Source: an uncultured Chloroflexia bacterium
GTDB taxonomy: Bacteria; Chloroflexota; Anaerolineae; Promineifilales; Promineifilaceae
Length of the DNA: 64,000 nt
NCBI GenBank assembly: GCA_963747345.1
Contig: CAVVFA010000030.1
Location: 265,910 to 329,909, forward strand
Reading direction: 5' to 3'
Below are positions 60,446 to 64,000 of this stretch, piece after piece. A model generated the notes under the pieces. It was not told the DNA's origin. It ran no database searches and was given only the letters and a program-made list of their open reading frames with translations. The translations under genes were made by a program, and so were the position numbers. The first letter of the stretch is position 1. Each line of letters starts with the position of its first letter.

Positions 60446-62177
60446 ATGAAACTTTCACGAGCATTTGGCAAAACATTACGAGAAGCACCGGCCGACGCCG
60501 AACTAGCCAGCCATCAACTCCTCATTCGAGCAAATTACGTACGGCCGATTGGGGCGGGTATTTACGTATTTATGCCATTGGGCTACCGTGTCATCCGCAA
60601 AATTTGGGAGATTATGGCGCAGGAGATGGATGCCATCGACGGGCAGGAAATGTGGATGCCCAACCTGAATCCGGCGGCGCTGTGGCAGGCAACCGGGCGC
60701 TGGGACACGGTAGATGTGCTCATGAAAGTGAAAGCGGGCGGCGGGCGTGAATATGCCCTGTCAGCTACTCACGAAGAAGTAGTGACGGAACTGTGCCTGC
60801 GCGACATCGAAAGTTACCGTGATTTGCCGCGCATGATCTACCACATCAGCAAGAAGTTCCGGGATGAACCGCGTGCGCGTGGCGGCTTGCTGCGCCTGCG
60901 TGAGTTCATCATGAAAGACGCCTACACCCTCGACCCCGACGAAGAATCCTTCGACGCCTATTATCCCCAGATGCTCCAGGCGTATTACAATATTTTTGAA
61001 CGGGTTGGCACACCCGCTGTCGCCGTGCAAGCCGATACCGGCAGTATGGGCGGCAAAACCTCGCACGAGTTTGTTGTGCCGCACGAAGAAGGCGAAGATA
61101 CCTACATCGCCTGTACCGAATGCGATTATGCGGCTAATGTGGAAGCGGCCGAATTCGTGCGTGAAGGTGACAAACCGGCTGAGTTGGCCGAGTTGGTCAA
61201 AGTCGCCACGCCGGATTGCAAGACAATTGCGGATGTGGCGGCGTTTGTGGGTGTCGAGACGAACCAGACGGTGAAGGCTGTCTTTTTCTGGCGGTGGCCG
61301 TTAGGAGAAAGTGAGGAGAAACGGCCGTTTCGTATTCATACTTGTGCGCGGCGATTTAGATATCAACGAAATCAAACTCATCAATGCGTTGGGCGGCGGG
61401 CAGCTTCGTGCCGCCACCGAGGAAGAAATTCGGGCGGCGGGAGCAGAACCGGGCTACGCCTCAGCCATTGGCTTGGACATCGCCCAAGATTTTGAGCAGC
61501 CAGGCGTGTTTGTCATGGCCGACACCTCCATTGAGGCAGGTGGCAACTTCGTCGTGGGCGCAAATGATGCTGGCTATCATTTCACCGGAGCCAACTACCC
61601 GCGCGACTTCGCCGTCAGCCAAATTGCTGACATTGCCCAGGCGGATACGGGACACAAATGTCCCCACTGCGGCGCGGCAATCGAAGCACGGCGCTGCACG
61701 GAAGCGGGACACTGTTTCAAACTAGGCACCCGTTACTCTGACCCGACTGGTGCTACTTTCCTCGATGAAAATGGCAAGCCACAACCCATCTTCATGGGCT
61801 CATACGGCATTGGGCTAGACCGGCTGATGGCGACGATTGTGGAACAACATCATGACGAACAGGGCATTGTCTGGCCGGATGCGGTCGCGCCGTATCAAGT
61901 TCATTTGCTCCATCTGGGCAAGGGCGACGACGTGAAAGAAGCGGCGGATAACCTGTATGCGGAACTACGCCAGGCTGGTTTGGAAGTGCTGTACGATGAC
62001 CGCGAAGCCAGCGCGGGTGTGAAGTTTAACGATGCGGATTTGATGGGGCTGCCTTGGCGCGTGACGGTTGGTGGACGTGGACTGGCGCAAGGTACGGTCG
62101 AAGTGAAGCGCCGTAATCAGGAAGATCGTGAATCCGTGCCGTTGGCCGAGTTAATTTCTTTTCTCAAATCAGCGTAG
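60446..62177 (+). pseudogene. proS: prolyl-tRNA synthetase, bacterial-type (with INS region), apparent frameshift inside an AACGGCCGTT palindrome
   Basis: ORF 60446-61495 (MKLSRAFGKTLREAPADAE...) becomes nonsense after KAVFFW; ORF 61311-62177 in another frame continues (...GRFVFILVRGDLDINEIK... anticodon-binding end); switch at 61317-61330. Confidence 0.7.
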
Positions 62178-62355
62178 CTATTTGATCTTAAGCTGAAACT
62201 CCATTTTTATCCTCAATCATGTTATTTCCATAAAGGTTGGCTTTTTTGCAAAGCCAATCTTTATTTGGATATTCCTCTGGTCTTTTGATAAATTATTAGG
62301 CACAATCTGGTTGTAGGTTGATTGCCCCGCTTCTTTAATTTTGGATACTGCATAA

Positions 62356-64000
62356 ATGGATAGCCCACGACTCTCACTTTTGCTTATATCTGCTGATGCC
62401 CAACTCGCTGACGAGTGGGTGGCGATGCTGCAACAGTCTGTGCCGATGGTTGAGGTGGTGTTTGTGGTGGAAACGGCCGTTTCCCTTCCCCAAGCTCTAG
62501 AAAAACTCAACCACGCCCCCTGATGTGGTTTTGCTGTATAGTGATGACGAGTTGGAGATAACGGCCGTTGTTGACCAGTTCCCCCACGCCCCAATTATTC
62601 TCATTACAGATAACGACGACACCCAAACTGAGTCAATGGCACAGACCTCGGTGGTAACTGATGTTTTGCCACGAGCGCAACTCACCGCGCCGCTGTTTGT
62701 GCGTGTGTTGTACCATGCGTATCAAGTGCGCCACTATGCCACTATCCGAGACAAAGCGCGTGAGCATCGTCAGATTTCTGAGGCGCTATTGCGGGCGGGT
62801 GTGGAGATGAATGCCATCCTGAATTACGATGAGATGCTGGATAGCATATTAAAATATGCAGCTTATTTCTTCCCCTACGATATGGCAACCATCATGCTCG
62901 TAGAGGAAGACTTGGTGCGCATTGAACGGCTGCGGACGGCTGATGTAGACAAGTCGGTGCAATGGGCGATGGAAAAAGCTGCGAATACGATATTCTCCCT
63001 TGCCGAGACTCGGAATTTGAGAGAAGTTGTGGAAAACGGCCGTTATCTTATCATTCCAAACATCGACAACTACCCAGATTGGATCCATATTCGATCCGAT
63101 TTTTACATTCGTTCATGGATAGGTGTTCCTTTAATTGTAAAGGGGCAGATCATGGGCATCTTAACGCTAGACAGCCTGCGGCCAGATGTCTATCAAGATG
63201 ATGATGGACAGATGTTGGCGGCATTTGCGGCCCAGGCGGCATTGGCTTTGCATAATGCCCATATCCACCAAAACCGTCAGCGAGAGGTTTCAGAATTATC
63301 AGCGCTTCATGCCATTGCCCAGACCAGCACAGAAGCCATGACGGTGGATGAACTGCTTACCCGCTGTACGCAGATTGTCGCTGAGAAACTATACCCGGAC
63401 AGCTTTGGCTTTATTCTCGTCAACGATGATGGTGTTACTATGAGTGCCCATCATGCGTTTCATAACCGTCTGCCAGTCTTGCATCCTAAAAAACTGCCGA
63501 TTGGCACGGGCGTGGTCGGCCAAGTTATTCAAATGGGGCAAATGCGCCATGTTTCTGATATTCGAACGGATACAAAATATGCGGATATTGTGGCGCATAC
63601 ACATTCAGAGTTATGTGTGCCATTGCAGGTGCGGGGGCAAATAATTGGCGCTATTAATGCGGAAAGCATTTTGTTTGGTGCCTTTACCGAAGCAGATGAA
63701 CGGTTCCTGGTGGCCTTGTCGCAGCAATTAGCGACTGGGATTGAACGAATTCAACTGCTGGAAGCGGAACGTAAAAATCGAGAAGAGGCAGAAAAATTAC
63801 GTGATGCAGCCGCTTTTTTGACGACATCATTAGATTTGGAGCAAGTTTTTAACAATATTTTGAGCAGGTTGGAGGAAGTTGTACCGCATGATAGCGCTTC
63901 TGTGATGTTGCGGCATGGAGAAGAATTGGTGATTGTCGCCGCACGCGGTTTTGCAGAGCCAGGCAGGCTTATAGGCCAGAGCTTTCAGGCTAATTTGCTT
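62356..64000 (+). CDS. multi-GAF sensor protein with N-terminal receiver-like domain (3-prime partial); apparent frameshift at C5 62516-62520
   Basis: Hand translation: MDSPRLSLLLISADAQ...LNHAP(P)DVVLLYSDDEL... then at least two GAF domains; open to the window end; missed by the ORF track because there is no stop. Confidence 0.5.

Overview
This is a 64-kb chromosomal window of about 52% GC from a bacterium, with no rRNA, tRNA, CRISPR array or transposase/integrase gene. The organism is probably Chloroflexota-like; that is an inference from the Thr/Pro 'ATNTP' linkers, WD40 and STAND NB-ARC/TPR proteins and many His-kinases. I call about 55 genes. They cover housekeeping (gdhA, pgk, argF, der, cdaA-cdaR, dgt-like, crcB plus DUF190, a THUMP methyltransferase, a MiaB/RimO-type methylthiotransferase, two proS), signalling (several His-kinases and receivers, a REC-adenylate cyclase, an ECF sigma/anti-sigma pair, a STAND ATPase), an ABC sugar transporter, secreted proteins, and a disrupted Mo-hydroxylase (xdh/cox-like) operon. 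Five things stand out. (1) The 10-bp palindrome AACGGCCGTT occurs about 65 times (roughly one per kb, against fewer than 0.1 expected). It sits in all three reading frames (NGR, TAV, RP) and in intergenic DNA, where it is often extended to 18-30-bp perfect hairpins that look like terminators. (2) Between the convergent REC-adenylate-cyclase and eamA genes (34.3-37.0 kb) there are three tandem copies of the last 46 codons of eamA. All three encode the same peptide and differ only by synonymous changes. A duplicated cyclase tail is fused to one copy exactly at the palindrome, and three AT-rich cargo genes lie between the copies. This looks like a palindrome-mediated cassette-accumulation site with no integrase present. 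(3) A hairpin repeat family built from AGATTGG/AGATTAG heptamers follows genes at four loci, and two further small repeat families are present. (4) At least eight apparent single-base frameshifts and one in-frame TGA disrupt genes. Two of the frameshifts lie inside the palindrome, so these are either pseudogenes or systematic indel errors in the assembly. (5) An archaeal/eukaryal-type proS and a bacterial-type proS sit side by side.
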